A stretch of 63,292 nt of DNA, the filler included, from Octopus bimaculoides (lineage: Eukaryota), in the NCBI RefSeq assembly GCF_001194135.2. It is 7 parts of 5 records of this genome, joined end to end, with 100 filler letters (N's around TTAATTAATTAA, not from the genome) between each part and the next. Parts side by side here need not be neighbours in the genome. Positions count along the whole stretch, not along the records: positions 46,633 to 61,699 come from NC_068983.1; positions 61,800 to 63,292 come from NC_069006.1; 5 more parts are not named here. The stretch is one strand, 5' to 3'. The notes under the pieces were generated by a model. That model worked only from the letters and a program-made list of their open reading frames with translations, was not told the origin of the DNA and made no database searches. Below, in pieces: positions 50,901 to 63,292 of this stretch. A program made the translations under genes and the position numbers. Each line of letters begins with the position of its first letter. Position 1 is the stretch's first letter.

Positions 50901-51239
50901 AAAGACAGCCATGACTCGAGTACCACCAGATGGCAGGCGTAAAAGTAACAAGTGCAATCACATGACAGCGTGCATCTCAAGATGACCTGGAGACAAGAAT
51001 GGATGTGCAAGAGTTGCAGCCGATTGAGTCCGGTGAAGGATGCTTGCTATCCAATGTACTGAGCAACTGAGGAGGACTTAAAAGCTAAAACTAAAAGTCT
51101 GAATGATGGATAGAAGCAGTAATAGCACAAGCAAGGAAAAACTAACAGAGGTTCGATTTCGATGTCCAAGGAAGAAGTACTGGAAATAGAGGTTAGTGCA
51201 CGGACTCGGCGGCTGGATACCACAAAGATTGATGAGATG

Positions 51240-51900
51240 AGGAGAGACAAGTGTCAGGAGTAAATATGTTGAAGAGATACAATACCAGCCCGCTCTGGGG
51301 AATAAATGTCATTACAGGTGCAGTAGAAAACTGAGAGTAAAAAGACAGGATGAGTGTAAGCCGAAGTGATTTTATGCCATTCATTTGTGTGGGCTTTATC
51401 TGGATGCAGTCTAGGTTTTCTAGGTGTGATGCAGCATCATGGTTACACATGTGGGAAGTATACTGTGTTTGTCAGCTGAGCTTTGTGTTAGTAATTGATG
51501 GTAACCGATTAACTGGCTCTAAAAGAAGACTCAATCTTTGGGATACAATTCTGTGTGCATTAGGGGTGTGCTTTCCCCCAGAAGTGTTTCTCGCAAATAG
51601 TGAGATCAAATACTTTGAACGACAGTGAAGGTTATAATTGAATGTTGCCCACGTTGAGTATCGGTTTCGTATGATAAACTATACTTGATACTTGTAGTAC
51701 TTACGTATTTGCTGTTGAAAGCGACATTAAGATGATAAAACTGAACCCCAGGGCACACCACAGCTTAGGAAAGGCAAAATATGCAAGATAAGAGAAACAG
51801 ATGGCGAGTTATTGTGTGAGAAGATTTATTAAGAGATTTAAATGTCGGTCGCGACCGAAAGTTTTGCCAATATCCGGAGGAACATTATATATGCATGGAC
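51240..51900 (-). mobile_element. Degraded CR1/L2-group LINE 3' fragment
   Basis: Collinear with 53850-54730 and 55270-55890 by eye. Confidence 0.55.
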
Positions 51901-52426
51901 TTGTGTCTGTGGAAGTCTGAATTTCAATGTAGTTATCTATATATTTGAATGCCTTTTCTTTCAATCTATTCTAGTGTCTGAGATGTAACTCATATACAAT
52001 ATTTGTTTGCCTTCTGGATGCGCTTCATTGCTTTGTTATTATCTTCCTTATTGATGTTGTCAGAGAGACAAAAATCCAACGATGTTGTTCGGTTCTCTTT
52101 TTTTCCTATCAATATTTTCTCCTCTTCGTAATTTGATTTTAAGCTACTTATAGGTCTAATTCAAACATTTCGTCTGAATCTGACACAGGAGTGGTTTTCT
52201 TATGTTTATCCATTGAATATTTTACTCGTGTATTTTTTACAATGAGAATAAAAGTTTGTCTGACTGGATCGAGAAAAATTACATTAATGCAAATATATAA
52301 TGAGAAATTTTATTTACTTGTGTCAGTAATGATATTTCTGTCTGGGTCAGGCATATTAAAAATATCAGGATAATTAGTTTCCGCAGTTTCAAATTGTCGG
52401 CGATGCAAGTCCATACCTAGCAGTAT

Positions 52427-52818
52427 GTTGTGTGCGTGTGTTGGCACTCCGTCGCTTACGACGTCGAGGGTTCCAGTTGATCAGATCAACGGAACAGCCT
52501 GCTCGTGAAATTAACGTGCAAGTGGCTGAGCACTCCACAGACACGTGTACCCTTAACGTAGTTCTCGGTGATATTCAGCATGACAGTGTGACAAGGCTGA
52601 CCCTTTGAATTACAGGCACAACAGAAACAGGAAGTAAGAGTGAAAGAAAGTTGTGGTGAAAGAGTACAGCAGGGTTCGCCACCATCCCTTGCCGGAGCCT
52701 CGTGGAGCTTTAGGTGTTTTCGCTCAATAAACAGTCACAATGCCCGGTCTGGGAATCGAAACCGCGATCCTATGACTGCGAGTCCGCTGCCCTAACCACT
52801 GGGCCATTGCGCCTCCAC
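52427..52818 (-). mobile_element. SINE family B, full length, with TSD
   Basis: tRNA head TGGCCCAGTGG...GGTTTCGATTCC; CTAGCAGTAT at 52417-52426 and 52818-52827. Confidence 0.93.
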
Positions 52819-53462
52819 TAGCAGTATAATAACTCTCAATAAATCACTTNNNNNNNNNNNNNNNNNNNNNNNNNNNNNNNNNNNNNNNNNNNNNNNNNNN
52901 NNNNNNNNNNNNNNNNNNNNNNNNNNNNNNNNNNNNNNNNNNNNNNNNNNNNNNNNNNNNNNNNNNNNNNNNNNNNNNNNNNNNNNNNNNNNNNNNNNNN
53001 NNNNNNNNNNNNNNNNNNNNNNNNNNNNNNNNNNNNNNNNNNNNNNNNNNNNNNNNNNNNNNNNNNNNNNNNNNNNNNNNNNNNNNNNNNNNNNNNNNNN
53101 NNNNNNNNNNNNNNNNNNNNNNNNNNNNNNNNNNNNNNNNNNNNNNNNNNNNNNNNNNNNNNNNNNNNNNNNNNNNNNNNNNNNNNNNNNNNNNNNNNNN
53201 NNNNNNNNNNNNNNNNNNNNNNNNNNNNNNNNNNNNNNNNNNNNNNNNNNNNNNNNNNNNNNNNNNNNNNNNNNNNNNNNNNNNNNNNNNNNNNNNNNNN
53301 NNNNNNNNNNNNNNNNNNNNNNNNNNNNNNNNNNNNNNNNNNNNNNNNNNNNNNNNNNNNNNNNNNNNNNNNNNNNNNNNNNNNNNNNNNNNNNNNNNNN
53401 NNNNNNNNNNNNNNNNNNNNNNNNNNNNNNNNNNNNNNNNNNNNNNNNNNNNNNNTATATAC

Positions 53463-53530
<68 letters not shown>

Positions 53531-53692
53531 TATATTATATTATATTATGTCTGTATACTTACAACTGCACTTGTCAAAATTATACACACACGCACAAATG
53601 TTGATGTATATGCTGTTATATATAGTCATACATAGTTAAACAGCTTCGTACACAAATTCCGTTGCATATTGATCTATTTTGTTGATCTATCA

Positions 53693-53728
<36 letters not shown>

Positions 53729-53849
53729 GTCTGTCTGTCTGTCTATTTGGCTGTCTGTTTGTCTGTATCCGTCTCTCCAATATGTGTATTTTCGTTTGTG
53801 GGGTAATTTTTACGTACTTTCAAAATCTGCATGGTGAGCAAGATCTGTA

Positions 53850-54730
53850 GCCTTAACGTATTCCCTGAGACCTTAATGCCAATTTGTTAATGTTCCACTT
53901 CAACTGTCGTATATTAGCACCTGACGTGCAAGGAGCTGACTCCAGAGGTTGACATCCTAGGAAGAAGTACAAGTGGGACTGGTTGGTTCGATGACACGGC
54001 GATTGGACACAACAAAGTTTGATGAGATCAGGAGAGGCGAGTATGTCAGAGGTGGATAAGCGGAGGAGGTATAATGCCAGCCAGATCTGAGGAACAAATG
54101 CAATTACAAATGCCATGTAGTAGAATACGCAGAGAGAGAAAATACACGTCTAAATATCGGAGGCCGGAATGCGTCAGTGACTGATTTTGTGCCAGTCAGT
54201 CATGTGGCCTTTATCTGGATATTGCCCAAATCTTTTTTCTGTGAGTGTTGCAACATCACTGTCACAGATGTGGAGATTATACTCCTTTGTGTTCCTCACC
54301 TGAACTTTGTACAACAATTGAAGGTAGCTGGAGCCAGTTTCTGGCCCTAAAGAGAACAACCAATTTTTGGAATTCAGTTGTAGATGTTATAGATATGCTT
54401 TCCCCTAGAAGAATTTCTCGCTGATAGTAAGTTTTAACATCTTGATTGACGCTGACGGCTCTAGTTGAGTACTGCTCAAGATGAGTTTGGTGTGATAATC
54501 TTGGTAGTTAATGTTGGTAGTTCTAACATTATTTCTTGTTGAGGGGAACAAGATTTACGTGTTTCAGCGGAGAGCTTTTGGGGGTTTCCATTCATGGAAT
54601 TAATGCAAGTTTGGAATACAGTGCCAAGATCGAATAAGAATGATGTGTCGTTGGAAACGGTTAAGAAGGAATAAACATTAACATCATAAATATAACTGCG
54701 AACAGCCGGTATGTTCGTTCAATTCGCATC
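53850..54730 (-). mobile_element. Degraded CR1/L2-group LINE, post-RT C-terminus
   Basis: LLYKVQVRNTKEYNLHI (LYK.QVRP.MEY.SH.W-like) and terminal RTNQ...LKWNINKL. Confidence 0.7.
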
Positions 54731-55269
54731 ACAGCATTAACTGCATTAAGCTTTCTAAGCAATTTCATGAAAGAACATATGTAATTTCAGTAAAAATCGA
54801 TATCATTCTAGAATGAACTGTATTCGAACACTTGCATCCAGGCATTTCATTCTGTGTTTAATAAATAAGCTGACACAAAAGAGTAAGAAGACAAGGCAAT
54901 TATTTTTAATAAGTAAAAATGAAATAAAATATTAACTTTAACGAATAAATGACATTTGGCACTTGAAGTAAAAGCAGCATTGCGAACGCGCCGAAGCACA
55001 CATTGTTCTTCTGTCTTGCTTGCCCGCAAGGTATGCAAAATGGAAGCATTTTTTTGCTTTTCATCCAATGTGACTCTTGCTTTTTCGAGGTATCCAATCG
55101 AAAATCTGTAATTGGATGAATCGTCAAAGAAAATCAATTAAATGTATGTGTGTATGTGTGTATGTATGTATGTATTACGCATGTACATATGCATGTATGT
55201 ATGTATTACGCACGTATATATGCATGTATGTATGTATGCACGCATATATGTGCGACTTTGGTATGTCCC

Positions 55270-55890
55270 ATCTAAACAATCCTCCCTGTGAATAACATAG
55301 TATTCTCCTATTCAAGCGATTCCCCTGTCCTTCGTAGAGAGTCAGCTATTGTCAGTAGCTGAAATTTTTTATGATCCTGAAGAAACGACCAAATCTTTAG
55401 AACACTGTTCTATCTATGTTAATGATATGCTTTCCCAAGAAGCATCTCTTCTTACAGTAAGGTCTACCATTTGGAGCGACTGTATAGGATCTTGTTCAGT
55501 GTTGCTCAAATTGAAGGTGAGTTTGGTATGATAACTTTTTTTGATATGGGTATTTATATGATTATTTCTTGTTGAATGGAACAAGGTTTACATGGCTTAA
55601 GTGGGATTACTGTTCATGGAATTAGCGCAAGTTTGGAATGTGGTGGGCGATGCCTTCTTGTAGACAGTTAGAAAAGAATAAAGGGTGACACGTAATGTCA
55701 GTGTTGTGGGATGAGATAGCAAATGAATTAACGATGTATAGGAGGAAGAGAATAGGGATAAAACCCAACCGTTGGGCAAACCAGAATGTATTTCCCGTAT
55801 GGCAGAAAATACTCCATCAATACACTATGCGAGGAGTTTCGGTAAGAGATTCGAATGGCAAATTCGACCGAAAGTTTTGCTGATGTCTAA
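55270..55890 (-). mobile_element. Degraded CR1/L2-group LINE fragment
   Basis: Shares TFQTC.NSMN.NP and downstream blocks with 53850-54730; CGACCGAAAGTTTTGC end shared with the 51850 region. Confidence 0.55.
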
Positions 55891-57478
55891 GAACAACATC
55901 GTATGTTTTTCTCTGTGAGTGGACTGCTGTATGCTTGGTAGCCTGAATTTCAGTATAACTATCTTATATAAGAATTTCTTTTCTACCCACATCTATATAT
56001 CTTTCTATCTTATCAGAGTACCGTCTATCAAGTGTCTACATTTTGTTTAGTATGCATCCACGTATGAATGTATGTCTATCCCATTCCTTCCTGTCGCTAA
56101 GGGGATGCACTGGATGGCACTGTCCCAATCACTGGTGCACCCTCAAATTTACAGTGATACACTTATTTCGAATCTCCACTTTAGCATTATTACAAACTTG
56201 CTGAATAGCTCGTCGTTGCCGGGCAATTTTTACAATAGAATATCTTATATAAATTTTTTGTTTATTCCATGTCAGACCATGCCTTCTCCAACAGATAGGC
56301 CTCTTGCTCAGGAGAGATTTGTGCAAATTTTCGCAAAAAAACTTCGTTGAGGATTGGTTTCCTTTTTAAATTATTTACATGTCTGTTCGACCGTTTCACA
56401 TGACTTTATATCCATTAAAAGTTATTAAAACTTCAGAAATTCTTACAACTTTGGTCGTCGTAATACTTTGCTTTTGTTTGTTTAATAAAAATCCCTCCTC
56501 ATATAATGATTTTGCTTTCATTTTGTGATAGACAACTATCATGCAGAAAATGCCAGCTTCCAAATCCTGTTTTCTGGTAAAATTGTTTTAGGTAAAATTG
56601 ATTAAACTTTAAACCTCAGTAACATTTTTCTGCAATTTTTCTGGAACAAATAAATAACAATATTGGATTTAACGTGGAAATTTATTTCAATATACCAAGT
56701 TTGAAAATTTTGACGTAATTTTAAAATTTCACAATATGTGACAGCAACAGGAAAGACCCTACAAAAGTAGAGACAGACAGTTATCGGACTTCACACACAC
56801 ACACACAAACACACAAACACACAAACACACACACATTTACAAACGTACACACAGGTAATCACGAGTTTAAAATGGTGTATAGTAGACATATGTATGTATG
56901 TACGTTATGTACGTACATATGTATATATGCCTGTGTATATCTGTGAGTGAGTGTTACTTTGCGATGGACAACAGAAAAGTCACCTACCCCCTCTTGCCCC
57001 TATCTCCTTAAAGCTACGTATTCCTCACACCCACCTTTCTTTCCCTTTCTCAGCCTTTTAAAAGATAGTTATCTGTATGTGTGTGTGTGGTGTGTGTGTG
57101 TATATATGTTAACATGTATCTATGTATTTACAAAAGTACTATCCGTGAATCACAGCTGTATTAACGTTACACCCCACTGCCACTCCATACTTGTCGCTTA
57201 CACAACGCTTTTTCCCCTTCCCTGATTCAGCCACGCTCACTATGCCACCACATTTCCCTCACACTCTTTGCACTCTTCTCATTTTATCAAATAATAGCCC
57301 AACCCCCACTAGGGGGCCCGTTATAGGTTTTGATTAAAACCCAAGAAGCCTATGATTGAACTGGATGTTAGTTTAATATGTAAGCAAAGTTTTCTCAAGG
57401 TTGGTTCACTGGTATAGGCAGCAAGAAGGTAACAGACAGATCGACAGACAGAAATTGCCATTTATGTATAAGATTAGT

Positions 57479-57660
57479 GTGGGCGGCAAGCTAGCAGAAT
57501 CGTTAGCATGCCGGGCAAAATACTTAGCAGTATTTTGTCTGTCACGCGTTCTGAGTTCAAATTCAGCCGAGGTCGATTTTGCCTTTCATCCTTTCGGGGT
57601 CGATAAATTAAGTGCCAGTCATGTACTGGGGATCGATGTGATCGACTTACCCCTCCCCAT
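57479..57660 (+). mobile_element. SINE family A copy
   Basis: Near-consensus head, B box and core. Confidence 0.9.
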
Positions 57661-57990
57661 TCTAGAAAGAATAAATGTAAAATTAGTGCCCACCCAGAAT
57701 ATTCTGGAGCACCCCAGGCACCAAACTCTGACGACTATCCTGGTCTGCTATTAAACGTGTATAACTCAAGCTGGTTTATCTAGGCACATGAGGGTGCGCC
57801 AGAGAAAATCATCAGATCTGGAACAACAAAGAAGTCAGAAGAATTCGGAGAAATGTCGAAACAGTAACAAGTTCGGTAAATCGCTAGAAGGATTGTAGAG
57901 CCATTGTCGTTCTCACACATTATGCACTTTATTACACTTACACTTTATGTCAATCATCGCCATGCTCGTTTAACGAGTCGACAGCCATCA

Positions 57991-58028
<38 letters not shown>

Positions 58029-58160
58029 TATATATATATTTAATTATTTATTAATAAATCTCAGGGTAGCAAAAAGTTTGAGAAATTCTTTTTGCTACCA
58101 GTGGTCTAGCGAGAAGAAAAAACTAGTCGATAGACTATATATTATTCATATAAATACATA

Positions 58161-58372
58161 CAGTGTACATTTAAACACATAAGAGAGATGTCCACAATAG
58201 GACATGTAACCCGCTAGAAGGAGCAGTCAAACTCCAAACCACAATAAGGGATAATTTCGAAAGGGAATGAAAAATAAATTATCCTTTATTGTGGTTTGGA
58301 TTTTGACTGCTCCTTCTAGCGGGTTAGGTGTCCTATTATGGACATCTCTCTTATGTGTTTAAATTTACACTG
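58161..58372. mobile_element. 212-bp hairpin MITE (Tc1/mariner-type termini, TA flanks)
   Basis: TA|CAGTGTA...TACACTG|TA; arms of about 95 bp are nearly perfect reverse complements around a short loop. Confidence 0.9.
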
Positions 58373-58376
58373 TATG

Positions 58377-58409
<33 letters not shown>

Positions 58410-59442
58410 GTATATATATATATATACATATATATACATATATATACAAATATATATATATATACACATATATATANNNNNNNNNNNNNNNNNNNNNNNN
58501 NNNNNNNNNNNNNNNNNNNNNNNNNNNNNNNNNNNNNNNNNNNNNNNNNNNNNNNNNNNNNNNNNNNNNNNNNNNNNNNNNNNNNNNNNNNNNNNNNNNN
58601 NNNNNNNNNNNNNNNNNNNNNNNNNNNNNNNNNNNNNNNNNNNNNNNNNNNNNNNNNNNNNNNNNNNNNNNNNNNNNNNNNNNNNNNNNNNNNNNNNNNN
58701 NNNNNNNNNNNNNNNNNNNNNNNNNNNNNNNNNNNNNNNNNNNNNNNNNNNNNNNNNNNNNNNNNNNNNNNNNNNNNNNNNNNNNNNNNNNNNNNNNNNN
58801 NNNNNNNNNNNNNNNNNNNNNNNNNNNNNNNNNNNNNNNNNNNNNNNNNNNNNNNNNNNNNNNNNNNNNNNNNNNNNNNNNNNNNNNNNNNNNNNNNNNN
58901 NNNNNNNNNNNNNNNNNNNNNNNNNNNNNNNNNNNNNNNNNNNNNNNNNNNNNNNNNNNNNNNNNNNNNNNNNNNNNNNNNNNNNNNNNNNNNNNNNNNN
59001 NNNNNNNNNNNNNNNNNNNNNNNNNNNNNNNNNNNNNNNNNNNNNNNNNNNNNNNNNNNNNNNNNNNNNNNNNNNNNNNNNNNNNNNNNNNNNNNNNNNN
59101 NNNNNNNNNNNNNNNNNNNNNNNNNNNNNNNNNNNNNNNNNNNNNNNNNNNNNNNNNNNNNNNNNNNNNNNNNNNNNNNNNNNNNNNNNNNNNNNNNNNN
59201 NNNNNNNNNNNNNNNNNNNNNNNNNNNNNNNNNNNNNNNNNNNNNNNNNNNNNNNNNNNNNNNNNNNNNNNNNNNNNNNNNNNNNNNNNNNNNNNNNNNN
59301 NNNNNNNNNNNNNNNNNNNNNNNNNNNNNNNNNNNNNNNNNNNNNNNNNNNNNNNNNNNNNNNNNNNNNNNNNNNNNNNNNNNNNNNNNNNNNNNNNNNN
59401 NNNNNNNNNNNNNNNNNNNNNNNNNNNNNNNNNNNNNNNNNN

Positions 59443-59493
<51 letters not shown>

Positions 59494-59496
59494 GTT

Positions 59497-59698
59497 GTAT
59501 GTCTGTTTGTCCACCCACCATCGCTTGACAACCGATGTTGATGTGTTAACGTCCCCGTAACTTAGCGGTTCGGCAAAAGAGTCTCAATAGAATAAGCACT
59601 AGGCTTACAAAGAATAAGTCCTGGAGTCGATTTGTTCGACTAAAGGTGGTGCTCCAGCATGGCCGCAGTCAAATGACTGAAACAAATAAAAGAATAAG
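59497..59698 (+). mobile_element. SINE family C 3' half
   Basis: Near-consensus 3' half following the (TG)n run. Confidence 0.88.
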
Positions 59699-60119
59699 TT
59701 TATCTGGCTGAATCAAGAAAAATTACATTTACGGTAAGTATGCGATTAGAAACTTCCATTCTGTAATAGCGTTTCTTTCTGGTTCTCTCATTTACAAAAT
59801 ATCGGGATAATTATCTTCGGCAATTTGAAAATTGTTGGCAGTACATGTCCATAAGAAATAGTGTAATAACACCCGACAAATAGCCTCTTAATCAAATGCT
59901 TTGTTCTACTTGGCATTTGTCAATTACAATTAAAACACCTTCACTAATATTCACAGTAATAGTGATATACTACAACAGACAATAAATAAGCTATATGATA
60001 TCAACCAGAATTTAATTTGTTGCTTTAGCTGTTGTGATGACACAACTGAGAAAATGTTCAAACCGTATCTATTGATACATCAAAATATTCTTGTTGATTA
60101 TGATCTAATATACTCGCGA

Positions 60120-60491
60120 TGGAGGCGCAATGGCCCAGTGGTTAGGGCAGTGGACTCGCGGTTTCGATTCCCAGACCGGGCGTTGCGTGTGTTTATTGAG
60201 CGAAAATACCTAAAGCTCCACGAGGCTCCGGCAGGGGATGGTGGCGAACCCTGCTGTACTCTCTCGCCACAACTTTCTCTCACTCTTACTTCCTGTTTCT
60301 GTTGTGCCTGTAATTCAAAGGGTCAGCTTTGTCACACTGTGTCACGCTGAATATCCCCGAGAACTACGTTAAGGGCACACGTGTCTGAGGAGTGTTCAGG
60401 CACTTGCACGTTAATTTCACGAGCATGCTGTTCCGTTGATCGGATCAACTGGAACCCTCGACGTCGTAAGCGACAGAGAGCCAACAACAAC
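60120..60491 (+). mobile_element. SINE family B with TSD (small deletion in the head)
   Basis: AATATACTCG at 60107-60116 and 60492-60501; (CAA)n tail. Confidence 0.93.
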
Positions 60492-61393
60492 AATATACTC
60501 GGGAGCGCAAACGCGCATGGGCGCACTCACGCACGCATACGCACACGCGCACACACACACTTACACACAAATACACACACACGCTCGCATACACGCTCAC
60601 ACGCACACACATACACACATGCACACAGACACATTCCCACGCATGCATATATACTCACGCTTACAGATTCACATATATATATATATATATATATTATGCA
60701 CGTGTATGTGTATGTATGTGTGTGTATGTATGTGTGTGTACGTGCGTGTGCATTGTGTGTATGTGCGCATGTGTGTATACAAATACACTAACAATCAAAA
60801 CTACATGAGCCACAATTACTTGTGTGTATATAGTTATATATTCATACATAAACAACGTCTGTTTATCCGTCTGTTTATCTCTGTTTATATTATCCGTCAG
60901 GCTATCCTTCACGCTACGTATTTTCGTTTTGGGGGCTCTATTTTTTTTACTTTCCAGCTCCGGACGGCGCACCGAAACTGATGCCTCTGCACACTAACCA
61001 ACATTTAATACATAGATTCCATTAAAGTTCTGCTTCAACTTTTGCAAATCGACGCTTACGGTAATTATATGAGCAAGTAGGAGATTGCGGAGTTTTGATG
61101 TCATGGGAAAAAATTTTGGAAGTTCTGGTTGCTGCGAGATTTCGGCGATTGGACACCACGTGTTAATGCAATAAGAAGAGACGAGTACATAATTATTGAG
61201 GTCTGGACAAACCGTCTTCAAGATACTGCTGCATTCAACTATTTACCGTGTCAATTTAACCGATGTCAGAACCTGCGAAACCAAGAGGCACAACTCCACC
61301 TTCTAGATCAAGCCAATAATAAAACAGGGTTTAAAATCTGTCAGCAGTATCAGCAACAACGTGTGAGTGGTGTTAATATTATCAGTAGTTTTA

Positions 61394-61555
61394 AAGGCAG
61401 AGAGTTGGCAGAATCGTTAGCACGCCGAGCAAAATGTTTAGCGGCATTTCGTCCGTCTTTACATTTTGAGTTCAAATTCCGTGGAGGTTGACTTTGCCTT
61501 TTATCTTTCGTGGTCGATTAAATAAGTACCAGTCGAGTAGTGGGGTTGATGTAAT
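61394..61555 (+). mobile_element. SINE family A copy
   Basis: Near-consensus head, B box and core. Confidence 0.88.
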
Positions 61556-61652
61556 TTTATATTCATATATGTATTTATATGTATATATATATATTATATA
61601 TATATAAATATATTATATATATATATATTTATATATATATATATTTATATAC

Positions 61653-61687
<35 letters not shown>

Positions 61688-61800
61688 CATATATATATAN
61701 NNNNNNNNNNNNNNNNNNNNNNNNNNNNNNNNNNNNNNNNNNNTTAATTAATTAANNNNNNNNNNNNNNNNNNNNNNNNNNNNNNNNNNNNNNNNNNNNG

Positions 61801-61832
<32 letters not shown>

Positions 61833-61929
61833 TACATACATACACGCACACATATATGTATATATACATACATATATACATGTGTGTGTATGTGTGCGGG
61901 CGTGTGTGTGTGTGTGTGTGTGTGTGTAT

Positions 61930-62045
61930 AAGCCATGCCAAAACAGACAATGAAGCATGGTGCAGGCTCCTGCCTGGCCAGCTCCTGTCAAACCGTCCAA
62001 CCCATGCCAGCATGGAGGGAGGACGTTAAATGATGATGATGATGA
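61930..62045 (+). mobile_element. RTE 3'-UTR family terminal fragment
   Basis: AACCGTCCAACCCATGCCAGCATGG...GGACGTTAAATGATGATG. Confidence 0.75.
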
Positions 62046-63292
62046 TATACACGTGTGTGTGTGTGTGTGTGTGTGCACGCTTTGAATACATATATGGATT
62101 GAAGTCAGTAGGATTACAAACTTAAGATAGGTTTACTGCCTCATTTCAATATTACTTTCAGAAAATATTAACCATATATGCCCTTATCAAAAGTGGCATA
62201 AGACACACAAACAAACAGTTGCGTTCTTTGTCTTGGAAGTTACATAAGCGACATGGTTATATTACATAAGCGACATGGTTATCTTAAATTTAACCCACGT
62301 GAAATACAGTGAAGAACATACTTTAAACTTTACTAAGTTGAACGATTGTGAAACCGGTTTGTAAAATGTGATTTCCTTTTCCTGCATTACATTTTTTTGG
62401 TTATAACATACACTAAACTTTATTCAGTAAAACAGCTTTTATATGAAAACTTTTTTCTATACGGAAACTTTTCAGTAAAATATGATTTTCTCTCTTTCTT
62501 TTCGGAGTGTTAAACTCACCGTGTGAAAACATACACTAATATTTTTTACAGTAAAACTGTTATATGGAAACGTTTGTTATATGAAAACACTTTTGTATCT
62601 TATTTTCGTATGTACAGATATATAATAGAAATATTTACCTCTTGTATTGAAAAGGTAAATTTTTTTTTATTCAATGTATTATATTATCATGCATAAAACT
62701 TAATTTTCGTCGCAATATGGAAAGCGATGAAAATTTATAGATCCATTCTGTTTGTTGAAGGATACATACGCAGAAATGTGAAAAGAAGAATGTAAAAATT
62801 CTATATACTATGCCACTGCTAGCCAAATCATTAGCAGGGTTTTATGCATGGACTGGTTTCCATTCCTCAATTAAAGTTAGTTAAGAGAAGATCATTAAAA
62901 TGTCTACATTTGATAAATATTTCAGATCTCTTATAATCATTCAAGATTTTGAGTTTACCTTAAAATAGAATATAAAATCTCTGTGATATATATAAGCTGG
63001 AACCATTAGGATATACGTTGGGGTACCCAAAAGAAACTAAAATTTTGCTGTATTATTTTATTCACATAGTTTTACATGTTTGCACCTTTACCGCCTTCAA
63101 AATATTCTCCATTTGAAGCAATGCGTCGGTCCAGACGCGTTTTCCACTGTATGGTTGAGTATATATATATATATATATATATATCATCATAAATATACAG
63201 GGATTAGCAATTGAGTTGCTTCTCCAACATACTGAAAATTTAGAAATAGCAGTCAAAGAACTACTGATTCCAAACTACAAATTTTTCTCTAA

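Noticed and set aside
54960-56345. Possible plus-strand donor (CAAG|GTATGC near 55029) and acceptor with ACCATG near 56275
   Set aside because: Would encode only a 23-aa unrecognised peptide; cannot be supported without transcript data.
60120-60190. tRNA-like sequences (also 52745-52818, 11871-11936 and SINE heads)
   Set aside because: They have A/B boxes but no complete cloverleaf and continue into SINE/PLE bodies; not called as tRNA genes.
60955-61340. Acceptor-like site followed by APDGAP (FN3-like start) and a 120-aa ORF at 61129
   Set aside because: The frame closes after about 22 codons; the downstream ORF has no recognisable motif and runs into a SINE.
62240-62282. 21-bp tandem duplication and loose repeats at 62400-62600
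   Set aside because: Ordinary local duplication in AT-rich DNA with no further structure.

Overview
AT-rich, repeat-dense animal genomic scaffold with many N gaps, most likely from an octopus (inferred from the tandem C2H2 finger style and SINE families; not proven). The only convincing host genes are two long C2H2 zinc-finger ORFs facing each other (17251-19352+ on +, 23451-25250 on -). They come from an inverted duplication that also kept a promoter/first-exon block and matching splice sites. The paralogs differ by whole-finger block insertion, block duplication and C-terminal decay. The rest is transposon debris: maT (DD37D) and another Tc1/mariner; L1/Tx1, R4/Dong (x2), HERO, RTE (three lineages) and CR1-group LINE fragments; a Penelope-like element; three tRNA-derived SINE families; nested piggyBac/hAT MITEs; hairpin MITEs; and microsatellites. 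The most unusual signal is a Penelope GIY-YIG 3' end followed by a tRNA-like Pol III promoter and a minimal hammerhead-ribozyme fold with a palindromic stem III (11555-12098). A second, decayed, ORF-less copy lies at 22433-22650. All alignments and folds were done by eye, so boundaries of degraded repeats are approximate.
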